NCBI GenBank assembly: GCA_030167865.1
Contig: JALAGF010004746.1
Coordinates: forward strand, 1-45,266
Direction of reading: 5' to 3'
Length of the DNA: 45,266 bases
Origin: Craspedostauros australis
Lineage: Eukaryota
A program made the position numbers and the translations under genes. Below, in pieces: positions 1 through 10,379 of the stretch; position 1 is the first letter of the stretch, and every line of letters begins with the position of its first letter. A model generated the notes under the pieces. That model ran no database searches, was not told where the DNA came from, and worked only from the letters and a program-made list of their open reading frames with translations.

Positions 1-162
1 TCAGAAAAGCAAGTCAGGCGCACGGAAAGGAACCCCTGAGACATGACCAATGACGCCGTGCTGCATCGCGAGGTTTTTTTTTTTTAAATCGCCAAATAAA
101 TGTGTTACTCGAAGGAGTCAGAAAAAAAAACAACCCACTTTCGGGTTTCGGACCGAAATCGG

Positions 163-224
163 NNNNNNNNNNNNNNNNNNNNNNNNNNNNNNNNNNNNNN
201 NNNNNNNNNNNNNNNNNNNNNNNN
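163..224. other. assembly gap (62 N)
   Basis: Run of N seen directly in the sequence. Confidence 1.
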
Positions 225-242
225 ATTTTCGGCGAGCTTGCA

Positions 243-344
243 TTTGCGTCCCCACGCAAATTGGCCCAATTTGCGTCCGGACGCAAACTGAGCGTTCAAT
301 TTGCGTCCGGACGGAAGCTACGTAGAGAATGCGTCCGGACGCAA
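243..344. repeat. array of four palindromic ~18-bp units (consensus TTTGCGTCCGGACGCAAA) at 27-30 bp spacing
   Basis: 243-260 tttgcgtccccacgcaaa; 270-287 tttgcgtccggacgcaaa (perfect palindrome); 300-316 tttgcgtccggacggaa; 330-344 tgcgtccggacgcaa. Confidence 0.9.
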
Positions 345-1735
345 GAAAAACGTCATTATGGATATCTCCACGTCTCGAGAGAGCTGGTCGGGACGCTCGA
401 CTCCGTCATTGTTGTGCATGTGTGGTGGTGCATTGTGGGAGTGGGAAAGATGGGGAGCATGCCACGGATAAGTATGCTCACGCGGTGTTACCTTCCATTC
501 TATTTCCAATGCCGCAGGAGCGCGGAGAGGGAGAGCATCGCTTGCAACTTGTGACGCACTTCCCTCTATTTGGAGGCATCTGGGCGCGTTGGAGTCTGTG
601 ACATCTGCACAACAGGGGAAGCTGCAAATGGGTTGGCTCTTCATGCTCGCGCAGTTTTCGATAGTCATTGGAGACGAGAACAGAGCAGAGGAGAGAAGGC
701 GGTTGGATCGACTTGGAACATCGAGAGGGTTTATCAGAGCGCAGAGAAGTCGAGAGAAAGATGCAAATAAGGCTGTCTCTCAAGAGAGAGGGAGAGTAGA
801 TCGCCGAGTCCTCCTGGCTGCGGTGCGTGTCTTCGAATGTCGGAAACGTTGGGAACAGCATCCGCAATCGCAGTGGCAGCCGCCGTGGGTTTGGCGCAAC
901 CAGACCGATTCACCAAGAGCATCCTGGAAGATGATCGGTGGTTTGGAGGCTGATCTTGTTCCTTCACGTCACCGATCTCTCTCTCTCTCTCCTTCCTCTC
1001 CCCGCGCGCAGGAGACATCACGACATCTGTGATGCTGTTCCGTGAAGTTGCATGACAACGTGTGAAGAGCTGTGTTGGATGTGTGATAGTGCCAATCGGA
1101 CAGAGACGGTGGTCATGTTTGCCTGTGGCGTTTGGGCTGTTGTTCCCTGTGTTGGACATCACCTCGCCGTGCAATGCGCAGGCACTTTGCCCGGATGCAC
1201 CTCTCAGGTACTCTCGCTCTTTCGCGGCTCGCACAGCAAAAGCGTGTGCAGGTTGATACTGGAGGGGCTCTTGGCTTGAACATCTTTGAACATCTCCGAA
1301 GCGGTTTTTCGTCCCCTCTCTTGGGTACGGTGACACCGCTCTCTCAATCATGCCTGGGACGACAAGAATGCGACTTTTCCAGTGCCCACGCGCCGTCCAT
1401 TTGCGTTTACCCTCTTCCTTCGATGTTGGTTGGGGCAAAGAAGGCGGGAAAGGAACAGTCAGGATTTCCGTCGACTGCTTCCTTCCCAAGCGAACTCGAA
1501 CAACAATGAACAAATTCGACGCGTAGGATGTCGCAGGATTCGCAAGAGACACAATTGCCAGAGACACAGGAGTTCCATCGTCATAACTGCTCTCCACACA
1601 CAACGCGATTAGTACGTGTAAGTGTACGGTCAAGTCCCCTTGCGATGTGACGGGGAACAGCGCCGAAATAGCACTCGTGCAACTCTCGTTCGGTTTGTCG
1701 GCGAAGTGGAACGAAAGTGAAGTGATAACCGGAAA

Positions 1736-1776
1736 TGGACGCGACCTCTCGTGGACGCGACCTCTTGTGGACGCGA
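1736..1776. repeat. 16-bp tandem repeat, ~2.5 copies (tggacgcgacctctyg)
   Basis: tggacgcgacctctcg tggacgcgacctcttg tggacgcga seen directly. Confidence 0.85.
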
Positions 1777-2499
1777 ACATTGGTGCAGGCGCTTGATGGG
1801 TGACACGCGCTGACTACCGAAAGAGAGCACAGAGAGCACCCACGAACACGGAGAGAGGTCCACGTTTGTGCCTCCAGGACCATCGTGGATCACTGTCTCC
1901 GTACACCCCGTCACGCTCTCCCTCGTGTTACGGTTACCACTTTTCAATGCGACACCACAGCCCAATGAGTTCGACAAGGGGGACAGACACGAACGAAGAA
2001 ACGAACGACCACGAACAACGCACACATACAAGGTGTTTTCGCCCACGACATGCGCCCCCAAAACCACATCTGGTGACGCTGACACGGCAGTTCAACACGA
2101 ACATCCTCATTGATCCGTTGTGCCGCCCTCTCGAGCATTCGATAAATTTACCGCCCCTCTCGGCCTCGCCACAACAAACAGCTGCATTCCACGGTCGCTT
2201 CGTTTCCGCAAACACAACCACCTCCACCCCACACAATCAACATAGGCATCAACATAGACATCGACCTGCGGCGCCGTTCACGACAAAAACGCCATCTCTC
2301 TCCAATCTTGTGCCTCCAGCCTCAACCATCATCAAACCACAAGCACTCACAAAATCAAAACACTCACAAACCAAAACCTCACAAAAACAAAATCACACCA
2401 AAGCCATCCAAAGCAAGCATAAACTCGAGCAACGCGAACACAACAACAACAACAACAACACAAAGCAACGCAACCACCATCATTCCACAGCATCCCAAC

Positions 2500-3273
2500 A
2501 TGTCATCCACGCCAACATCACCAGTTCAATCGCCGGCCGCTTCGCCGACGATGTCTCCACGCCCGTCGCCGTCGCCCACACGATCGGCGACGACAGCGAA
2601 GACAGCGACCAAAGCGCATCCCAACAACGAACGCAAGAAGCAGGCCGTGCTCAACAAGTTCCTCACGAAGTCGTACCACATGATCGATCAGTGCGATCCA
2701 GAAATCGCGGGGTGGTCAACCTCGGGAGACAGCTTCACCGTGAGGGACGTGGAGAGCTTCGAACGCCAGGTGCTGCCGCAGTACTTCAACCACTCCAAGT
2801 TCTCCAGCTTCACCAGGCAGCTCAACTTCTACGGCTTCCAGAAGATCAGGCTGGATGCTGACCTGCAGCGCAACAACTCCTCTGTCCGGTTCTACCACGA
2901 GAACTTCCAACGCGGCAAGCCAGATCTGCTGCAGAAGATCAGCCGCACCACCGCCAAGGTCGCCATCCAAGCAGCATCGTCCAACGATCAGATAGAGGCC
3001 CTCAAGACTGAGGTGGCGCAGCTCCACGAGCAGCTCCATGACCTCAACAACAGACTGGATGAGAGAGTGGACATGATGGCAGCGGCAATCAAGACGGACT
3101 ACGCCATCCGCATGCAGAAGATGGAGGCGGCATACGCCGACCTTTACGCCTCCATGATGCTGCGATCTGCCCCCATCACTATCGCCTCCTCGCCCGTGCT
3201 GACAACCACAGCGCTCCCGAAGACAATGAAATCAGAAGACATCGCCAGATACCTGCGATCGACACGAGCATGA
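2500..3273 (+). CDS. HSF: heat shock transcription factor (HSF DNA-binding domain plus coiled coil), 257 aa
   Basis: FLTKSYHMID..IAGWS..GDSFTV..VLPQYFNHSKFSSFTRQLNFYGFQK..FYHENFQRGKPDLLQKISR is the HSF DNA-binding signature. A heptad region follows (IEALKTEVAQLHEQLHDLNNRL). ATG at 2500 was chosen because the upstream part of ORF 2308 is A/C-rich, UTR-like sequence with a GTG start. Confidence 0.95.
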   Translation: MSSTPTSPVQSPAASPTMSPRPSPSPTRSATTAKTATKAHPNNERKKQAVLNKFLTKSYHMIDQCDPEIAGWSTSGDSFTVRDVESFERQVLPQYFNHSKFSSFTRQLNFYGFQKIRLDADLQRNNSSVRFYHENFQRGKPDLLQKISRTTAKVAIQAASSNDQIEALKTEVAQLHEQLHDLNNRLDERVDMMAAAIKTDYAIRMQKMEAAYADLYASMMLRSAPITIASSPVLTTTALPKTMKSEDIARYLRSTRA

Positions 3274-5096
3274 ATGTTGGAGGGGACGTCTCTCTCTCTC
3301 TAGAGTAGGGCAGATCAAGGCAATTCAGCATCATATGATACATACATAATGGTATATTAAGATTACCGGTAACATATTTCACGATTACCGCAGTACCTGT
3401 ACAACACTTCATACCGTTGCTGCGTAAGCTGTCGGCAACGCCTCTTCTCCGCTCCTCCATGTGCGGTAGCAACACGCTTACGAACACGCTTTCTCTCTCT
3501 CTCTCTGGGCTGGCGCAGATCGCACGGCTGGCTTCTGGTTGCGGCGGAGTCTCATGATCATGTTGAAAGTACAACCGCAAGGGAGGAGATCAAGAGCGAG
3601 TATCCCAGCTGCTATCCGCCGAGACACAATGCTTCTCATTGGACCTCTCCCAAGACAGACTTCATGCTGTCAGGATGCTTCGCAAGAAGCCGAAGCCTTG
3701 GTCGGATGGAGGAGGCATGAGATTCAAGAGAGAACGAGAGCCATCGAGATTCGAGGAGACTGTTGCATCTGCCGCACTCTGCGACCCCAGCGCCATACAT
3801 ACCTACACACATATCACCAATCTTCGTGATGTTGGTGGCGATTTGGTGCCTCCTCTTGGTTGTGGACAGGCGTGGTAACACGAATCAGTCCACGCGTGTT
3901 TCGGCCACGGAATCGTGTTTGTTCTTGGGAAGCCAAGTGAAGTCGCAAAGGATCCGCGCGTGGGACCTTTCGACGATGGCGGTGTCCAAGTACAAGAATT
4001 ATACATAGTCCAACGTACTGGGCTGTACCTGCCCATAAACGATGTCGCAGCATTCATGGTTGAGACGCGCGGAACTGTTGGGATCAAGTCGTGCCTTTGT
4101 TGTCCGTGATCATCACTCTTCTTCTTGGTTGCAAGTGAAGGTGTTTCCTTTCAGGCGTGCCTCCTCACACAATTGAGATGCGGCCGCAGTGAATAGCAAC
4201 TGTTGCGAAACACGAATAGAGCATGTAACGACCAGCGCAGTTATTGCACAAATCGTGCCAATGGATTCCTCCATGTTGTTTTGGTTGCATCAATCTTCGG
4301 TCGGGAGGCACAGCATGGCAGCAGTAGGCAACCAAGTATGTTTGGCTCACACGAACTACACACGTGATGCTCGCTGACTCCCGCCCCCAAAGCGGCTCTT
4401 CCGTCTCTTGGACAGGAGGTCTCCCATGCTTTGCGACGCGCAGCAGCATCACATGAAAATGCAACCACACGAATGTTAGATATCCCTGCTCTTGCAGTGA
4501 CCTCTTCTCATCACGCTGCTGCAGTTGATGCATCTTGAGGCGTGCTTGTGTGCAGTTTGCTTGCTAATCTGCTGTTCATGGGTACGTGGCTGAAGCACGA
4601 TGTGTACTATTGCAAGATGTATGTTTGCATTGCGAACAGATAGCCGAGCTCTTCGTTTGAGACACTCCCTGGCGTCATTCGCTGTCAGATGTCAAGTGTC
4701 AAGTGTGCGGATGGCCTTCGCAGCAACCCTCTTTCCGCCTCTCACTTTGGTAGAACAATATCTTGGATGATCTCGCTATCTCCTGCCACACCATTCGCTT
4801 TGCAACATGTAATGACATCATCATGGCCGCCATTTCCACGTTGTTCCTTGGCCAGCACAAGAGAACAGCAAGAAGAGTGTAGGCACGAGCATTGTAGTTC
4901 GTACCCGCGCAGAGAGCCGGATCGCAAATGGTGTGCAGAATGGACCAATACAACGGAACATGAGCAAACTACGAGCACACTGCGAGTCTGTATGGTATGG
5001 CAGGTATAGACGGAACAGGCGCACTTGTACATGTCCATGGTTGTGTCCGTACGTTTGTGTGCTACCGCAAGTTCTCTGCTCTAAACATTAACCACT

Positions 5097-6926
5097 CTAC
5101 AGGAAGAAGTTCTTGGCGCGCACCTTCTGCGGGTAGTCCTTGCGCTGCAACCCCTTGAGTGAGAACAACCGCTCGGCACGTTCGGTGAGCGATCCGCCGC
5201 ACTTGACGCGCAGGGCGAGCAAGGCGCTCTTCAGCCGATCCAGACCCAAGGCTTCGAGTTGCGCAACCGAATCGATCTCATCCAGATCCAACAGTTCGGG
5301 TTTGGCTTCGGCTTTGACCTCCGTCGTTGTCTCAGCGCGGGCCTTCTTGTTGGTGCCTTCTTGTGGCGGAGGTGTGGCGCTGCTGACACTCGCTTCTTCC
5401 GCCTTTTTATCACTTGGCGTGGTGATCGCCAAGAATTCTCCAACAGCCTTGACCATCTTTGCACCCTTGCCGGATTTGCAGTACTTGCAATCCTTCTGCG
5501 TTGTGCGAACCTCGAGGGCGACTTCTTGATTGCAGCTGAAGGCAGGGAACAGGATCTGCGCTCCCTGTCGCTGCTGCTGTTCCTTCTTCGTGCTCGTCTT
5601 CGTACCATCATCGACGGTGAAGGCCGTTCCCAGATGCTTCCCGTTGACGGCGAACGAGATGGTGCCGTCGGAGATGCTGTAGTAACAACCCAGGACGTCG
5701 CCTGGCTTGGCGGGATTCTTGAGCTGCGCGCCGTAGGCTTCTTCCGATCCAGCGTGGAACTTGAGCTGCCTGCAGGGATCGAAGCCGTAGCTTGCGGCAT
5801 CGTCACCCACCCCATCGCCTGTTTCATCGTTGGGTGAGAATCGTCCCTTGCCCGCATCCGATGATGACGACGACGATGATGCGTCAACACCACTCGCGGA
5901 AGTTGTAGCAGCAGTTGTCGAAGGGCCACCCAACAACGACGCCCAACCGATCTGCGCAAGTCCACCGGTGATGAGCTTGACCTCGTAGTACAGGGTGACG
6001 TTGTTGGGGATCTGCTTGTCAAGAACCAAGGCTGCGGTTCCGAATTCAGACTTTGATTGGACATTGAGAATGGATGCAGGCGAGGCGGTGGCTTTCTGCT
6101 CGCCATCATCCAGGACGACGACATCGCCGGAGAGGGTGACGAGAGAATCGGGCTGATCGGTGTCCTGCACGGCCGGGTAATCAGAGCGATCAACGCCGTC
6201 CTTGCCGTTGCCGTTCGCATCGGCATCCAGACGCTTTCGCTTCTTGGAGTCCAATCCCTGACGGATGGCGTCCTTCAAGGAGGTCTGCATGGAAGTCGAC
6301 GCCGTCTTGGCCTGATCGGCGTAATGGGTGACGGAGTCCTGATACACCCGCTCCTTGTCCTTCTTGCGCTGATTCCTGGCATCCTCCTCCTTCTGGATCT
6401 GCTGGAACTGGCGCTTGATGCGCGACGTGGCCTTGTTGGAGATGTCTGCCCATGTGGGCACCATGAGATGCCAGTTGTAAATGCCGGACGGCGTCTTCCA
6501 CAGATCCTCCTCGTCCACCTTGATGCCGTTCTTCTCCTTGCGCTGCCGCTCGCGCCATCGACGCAGCTTGATCTCGTCGTTGACATGACGCAACCGACGG
6601 CCCTGCAGATCGCGGCAGGCACCAAAGTCGGTCGTGAGGTTGGCTCCGGCCTGACGCGACTGTCCCTTGAGCAAGGTCCCGAATCCGCCCTTGCCACCGC
6701 GCACGCCCGACTTGACGCGCACGGTGCAGAACGGGTCGCTGACATGCGTCACCTCCAGCAGATGGGCCGGCCATCCCGTGCGTTGCGCGATCTCGCGGAT
6801 CGCATCGGACGCGAATGCGATGGCATGTGTGCGGTCCTGAAAGCGCACGAGCAGCTGTCTGTGCGGGGCGTCCGCGAATGCCGTCGTCGCCGCGGTTGGT
6901 GTGGAAATCGCGACCGTCGCGCTCAT
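5097..6926 (-). CDS. SDE2: Sde2-family protein (N-terminal ubiquitin-fold, GG|KGG cleavage site, C-terminal SAP-like domain) with internal SPRY domain, 609 aa
   Basis: VRGGKGGFGTLLK..TTDFGACRDLQGRRLRHVN is the Sde2 N-terminal signature. C-terminal LEALGLDRLKSALLALRVKCGGSLTERAERLF is the Sde2 SAP-like region. The middle part YYEVKLITGGLAQIGWA..GVGDDAASYGFD..GDVLGC..ISFAVNGKHLGTAF..LFPAFS is SPRY. Start placed at MSATVA (6926). Confidence 0.9.
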   Translation of the reverse strand: MSATVAISTPTAATTAFADAPHRQLLVRFQDRTHAIAFASDAIREIAQRTGWPAHLLEVTHVSDPFCTVRVKSGVRGGKGGFGTLLKGQSRQAGANLTTDFGACRDLQGRRLRHVNDEIKLRRWRERQRKEKNGIKVDEEDLWKTPSGIYNWHLMVPTWADISNKATSRIKRQFQQIQKEEDARNQRKKDKERVYQDSVTHYADQAKTASTSMQTSLKDAIRQGLDSKKRKRLDADANGNGKDGVDRSDYPAVQDTDQPDSLVTLSGDVVVLDDGEQKATASPASILNVQSKSEFGTAALVLDKQIPNNVTLYYEVKLITGGLAQIGWASLLGGPSTTAATTSASGVDASSSSSSSDAGKGRFSPNDETGDGVGDDAASYGFDPCRQLKFHAGSEEAYGAQLKNPAKPGDVLGCYYSISDGTISFAVNGKHLGTAFTVDDGTKTSTKKEQQQRQGAQILFPAFSCNQEVALEVRTTQKDCKYCKSGKGAKMVKAVGEFLAITTPSDKKAEEASVSSATPPPQEGTNKKARAETTTEVKAEAKPELLDLDEIDSVAQLEALGLDRLKSALLALRVKCGGSLTERAERLFSLKGLQRKDYPQKVRAKNFFL

Positions 6927-7682
6927 TGTTGTTGTTCTTGTTGCTTTGCTACTGTCAATGCTGCTGTTGGTCTTGGTCTCTGGAAGTCGGTGGTGGACGT
7001 GTCGTTCGGGCAGTGGGAACAATGGTGTGATGCGCTCTGGGTGCACCTGAGGAACATGTTGTCATGTGTGGTTATCGCAAAAAATGTTGTTTTGGTTTGG
7101 TTGGTTTGTGTTGGTCTGATGAGAATTGGTCGAAGTAATCGATAATGTGCAAGTGACTCACTCATCAACAAGACTGAGCCTCCACGGGTTAACGGTTTCG
7201 GTTACTTTCGGGAAACAACCGATGTTTCCAATTCGCCAAAATGACGAGATGAAAGACCAAGGACGAAAGACAACGATGAGTAGCGACGACAACGATGAGC
7301 AACGACAAGAATGTAGCACGAACAAGCAAACAGGCGAACTTCCACACGAAAGCAAAGCGACAAGCAAGATCCTCGGGCAGACCGCAGCAGAGGCACATCC
7401 CAACACCTGTCCTCCTCGGCACGAGTAGCGTATTCAGCTGCAGCATCGTGCCTACAACCAACCAGTGCTTGTGACATCTCTTCGCCGTCCGAGTTGCACA
7501 TCTCTGATCAAACCAGCAACAGAGGAGACCAGCAACGGAATCAAGAAGGATCCGCATTGCATTGAATCTCGGTGCATCGCATTGGAAACTTGTTGACAAG
7601 CCAACCTCCTGCAAAGCACAGACCGCATTGCGCAAGGAAGCATTCGCACGACTCCAGCGGAGTTACAAGCAACATAGCCACC

Positions 7683-10379
7683 ATGGATCGCCAGCTGCTT
7701 GCCCGTGCCACCGAGAGCACCGATGCCCCAACCCCAGGGTACATGTACCTGGACATCGCGAAGAACGCAGCCTCCAACCCGGCCGTGTGTCAGGAGGTCG
7801 CCGTCTTCCTCACCAGGAGGCTCAGCAACAAGAACAACCCCAACGTCAAGTACAAGTGCCTCAAGGTCATCGCCAAGACGGCGACGTCGCCCTACCTGCG
7901 CGGCCAGTTCAAGAGGGCCGTGAGCCAGGACCCGTCCGCCGTGGGGGCCATCCGCGAGGCGCTGCAGTTCCGAGGTCGCCCGGATCCCGTGCGCGGCGAT
8001 GAGCCATTCGAACGTGTGCGCACGGCTGCCAAGGAGGCGCTCGATGCCATCTACAGCGACACTCCTGCTGACAACGGTGGCGGCAATCCGCCGTTCGCCA
8101 CGTCCATGTCGGGCTACGGCAGCCAGTCGCAGGCAGGAGGCTACGGTGGTGGCTACGGCGGTGCCGCGGGCGGCGCCCCACCTCCCAGCAGCTCCATGCC
8201 CGGCAGCTCCGGTCGCCGCATGGAGGGCATCGGAAATCCCATGTTCCAGGATCCGCGCCTGCAGCAGACCAGTGCCGGTGGCGCTCCGGGCATTAGCGGC
8301 GTCACGATCGGCGACGTCGTGCGGGAGGCCAAGGATACGGTCGTGGGCATGATCAAGGATCCGCTGGCAAAGAACGCCAACGTGCATGGCGGTGGACGTG
8401 TCGGCAGCATGCCCAGGCCGGGTGGTGCTGGTTCCTACGCGGGCGCAGGTGCCGTAAGTGTGATTGCTCTTCTCCATGTTGCATCCTTTGCAGCATTCTT
8501 TTCGATCATGTCACGATGTCACCACGCAATCTGCAAGCAAAGACCAGGACAGTCACATCTGTTGCTCACACTCATTTCTCTTCATTGCGCTGTTTCATCC
8601 ATTCACTCATGTTTTTGCCTTCGTTTGGATCTGAACCATGCTCGTTCATACTCCAATCCTGGAATGATTGAATTATCCATTGTTCACTCCAATCAATGAC
8701 CTCAGCTTCCACCTGGACGCAACGAATTGGCGAATCAGACGGGTGGTCAGTGGACGATGGCGTCAAACCGCGGACCAAACGCCATCACCGCACCTGACAA
8801 CTTCAACTCGACTCGTGATCAGGCCTACTTCAAGGCCAGAGACGGCGGTGGCAATGCATACGCTTGGGCGCAGGGCTCTGGTGCGGGCACCGGTACAGGT
8901 ACCACGGGCGGTGTCGGTGGCAGCTGGGCATCATCTGGACCGGGCGTTGCGGCGCAAGCACGAGAGCCTTCCTATTCGACCGCATCGTACGGCAACACCT
9001 ACCAGGCAACGCCATCGATCGGAATCTCCGGAGGAGCGGCAGCACCATCCGGCGGAGGAGGCAGCGCGCTTTCTGATGGTTCCTACGAAAAGAACCTCAT
9101 CATGGAGCTCTGTCCACCAGGCGGCATGAAGGCAGAGCCACCGCAGGACAAGCTCAACACATTCTCGCGATCCGTGTCCAACCTCAACGCCGATCTCGTC
9201 TGCCCAGCTCTCCTGGATTGCCTAGAGGAAGGACAGCCATGGATCATCCGTGCCAAGGCGCTGTGCGTCATCGAGGCTTGCATCAAGTTCGGTCAGAAGC
9301 CGGGAGCGCAGGTCAACGCCTACGCAGACTTCTTCCACGCATGTCAGGGCGAAATCACGCCGCTCATGTCGCACAATCGCGCTGCCATCCGCGATCCAGC
9401 AACCCGCGTGGCCAAGCTGCTGGGAGTGGACGCATCGACGCAGCCAGCATCGGCGGCGCCATTGCAACCACAGGCCGCGCCCCCTCTTGCCGCTCCACCA
9501 GCAACAGCTCCACCGCCGCCAGCCGCCCCCGTCACCAACCTGCTTGACTTTGACAGTGCACCTCCCGCTGTTCCGACAGCGCCACCGCCAGCTGTGGCAC
9601 CACCGGCGGCGGCACCACCTGCTGCGAGCTCCGCCTCGTTGTTTGGTGGATTGACCATGTCCGGAGCACCACCAGCGGCCGCACCGCCTGCCCCCGCGGC
9701 TCCTGCACCTGCGGCGCCACCGGCTGCGCCAATGAGCGGCAATCTGCTCGACCTCATGGGGCAATCGGCCCAACCAGCTGCCGCAGCAGCGCCAACCCCA
9801 GCAGCAACCAGTGCACCAGTGACGCAGACAGCCAGTATGTTCGACAATATGTCTCTGAAGACGGCCGATGCGGTGGCACCAGCAGCTCCGCAGGCAGCCG
9901 AAACAATCGCAGCATCAGCGGCACCGACCGGTTCAGCTTTCGGATTCATCAACCAGGCTGCACCGGCGGCAACTGCACCAGCGCTTGCCGTTCCGGCGGC
10001 AGCAATGGCACCGGCGGCAACCGCAGCAGCTCCAGCTGCTACTGCCACTGCAGTGAATTCGTTTGATCCATTGAGCGGCGCAGCCACGCCAAACACAGCC
10101 CAGCGCATGATGCAGGTCTCGCCAGAGCAGATGCAGGCCATGGCCTACCAGCAGATGATGATGCAAAGGCAGATGCAAATGATGGCCTACCAGCAGCAGA
10201 TGATGACGGCGCAGAAACGCGGATCGGGTGTCATGATGCCACCAGGAGGCATGGCGATGCCAAATCCTGGCATGAACATGAATTCATTCAACTTTGCGGC
10301 GCCTGCCAATACGCAGAGGCAGGACGACAAATCGTTCGACTTCGTCAAGGACGCCATCACGAGCGAGAAGAAGAAGTGA
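7683..10379 (+). CDS. TEPSIN: tepsin / MTV1-like AP-4 accessory protein (tENTH + tVHS domains, long disordered tail); exons 7683-8453 and 8706-10379, 814 aa
   Basis: LLARATESTDAPTPGYMYLDIAK..KYKCLKVI..FRGRPDPVRGDEPFERVRTAAKE matches the tepsin ENTH domain. YEKNLIMELCPPGG..LNADLVCPALLDCL..RAKALCVIEA matches the tepsin VHS-like domain. The two ORFs join in frame through a phase-0 intron. Confidence 0.88.
8454..8705 (+). other. spliceosomal intron (252 bp, phase 0) of tepsin
   Basis: GTAAGT donor at 8454 and CTCAG acceptor ending at 8705, with a T/C-rich interior. Splicing joins ..GAGA|LPPGRNELANQ in frame with ORF 8727-10379. Confidence 0.8.

Noticed and set aside
243-344. CRISPR-like appearance of spaced palindromic repeats
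   Set aside because: Spacers are only ~9-13 bp, repeats are 18 bp and degenerate, there are no cas genes, and the context is eukaryotic.
734-1780. 348-aa minus-strand ORF and neighbouring ORFs in 330-2300
   Set aside because: Non-ATG or weak starts, no recognisable motif, and they cross CT microsatellites; they cannot be supported as genes.
1800-2861. 353-aa ORF overlapping HSF
   Set aside because: Alternative frame through the A/C-rich, stop-poor UTR and the HSF coding region.
3560-4110. Possible decayed minus-strand coding remnant
   Set aside because: One frame reads protein-like but has several stops, and I recognise no family; it needs TBLASTX.
6057-7145. 362-aa plus-strand ORF
   Set aside because: Antisense shadow of SDE2 caused by codon bias.
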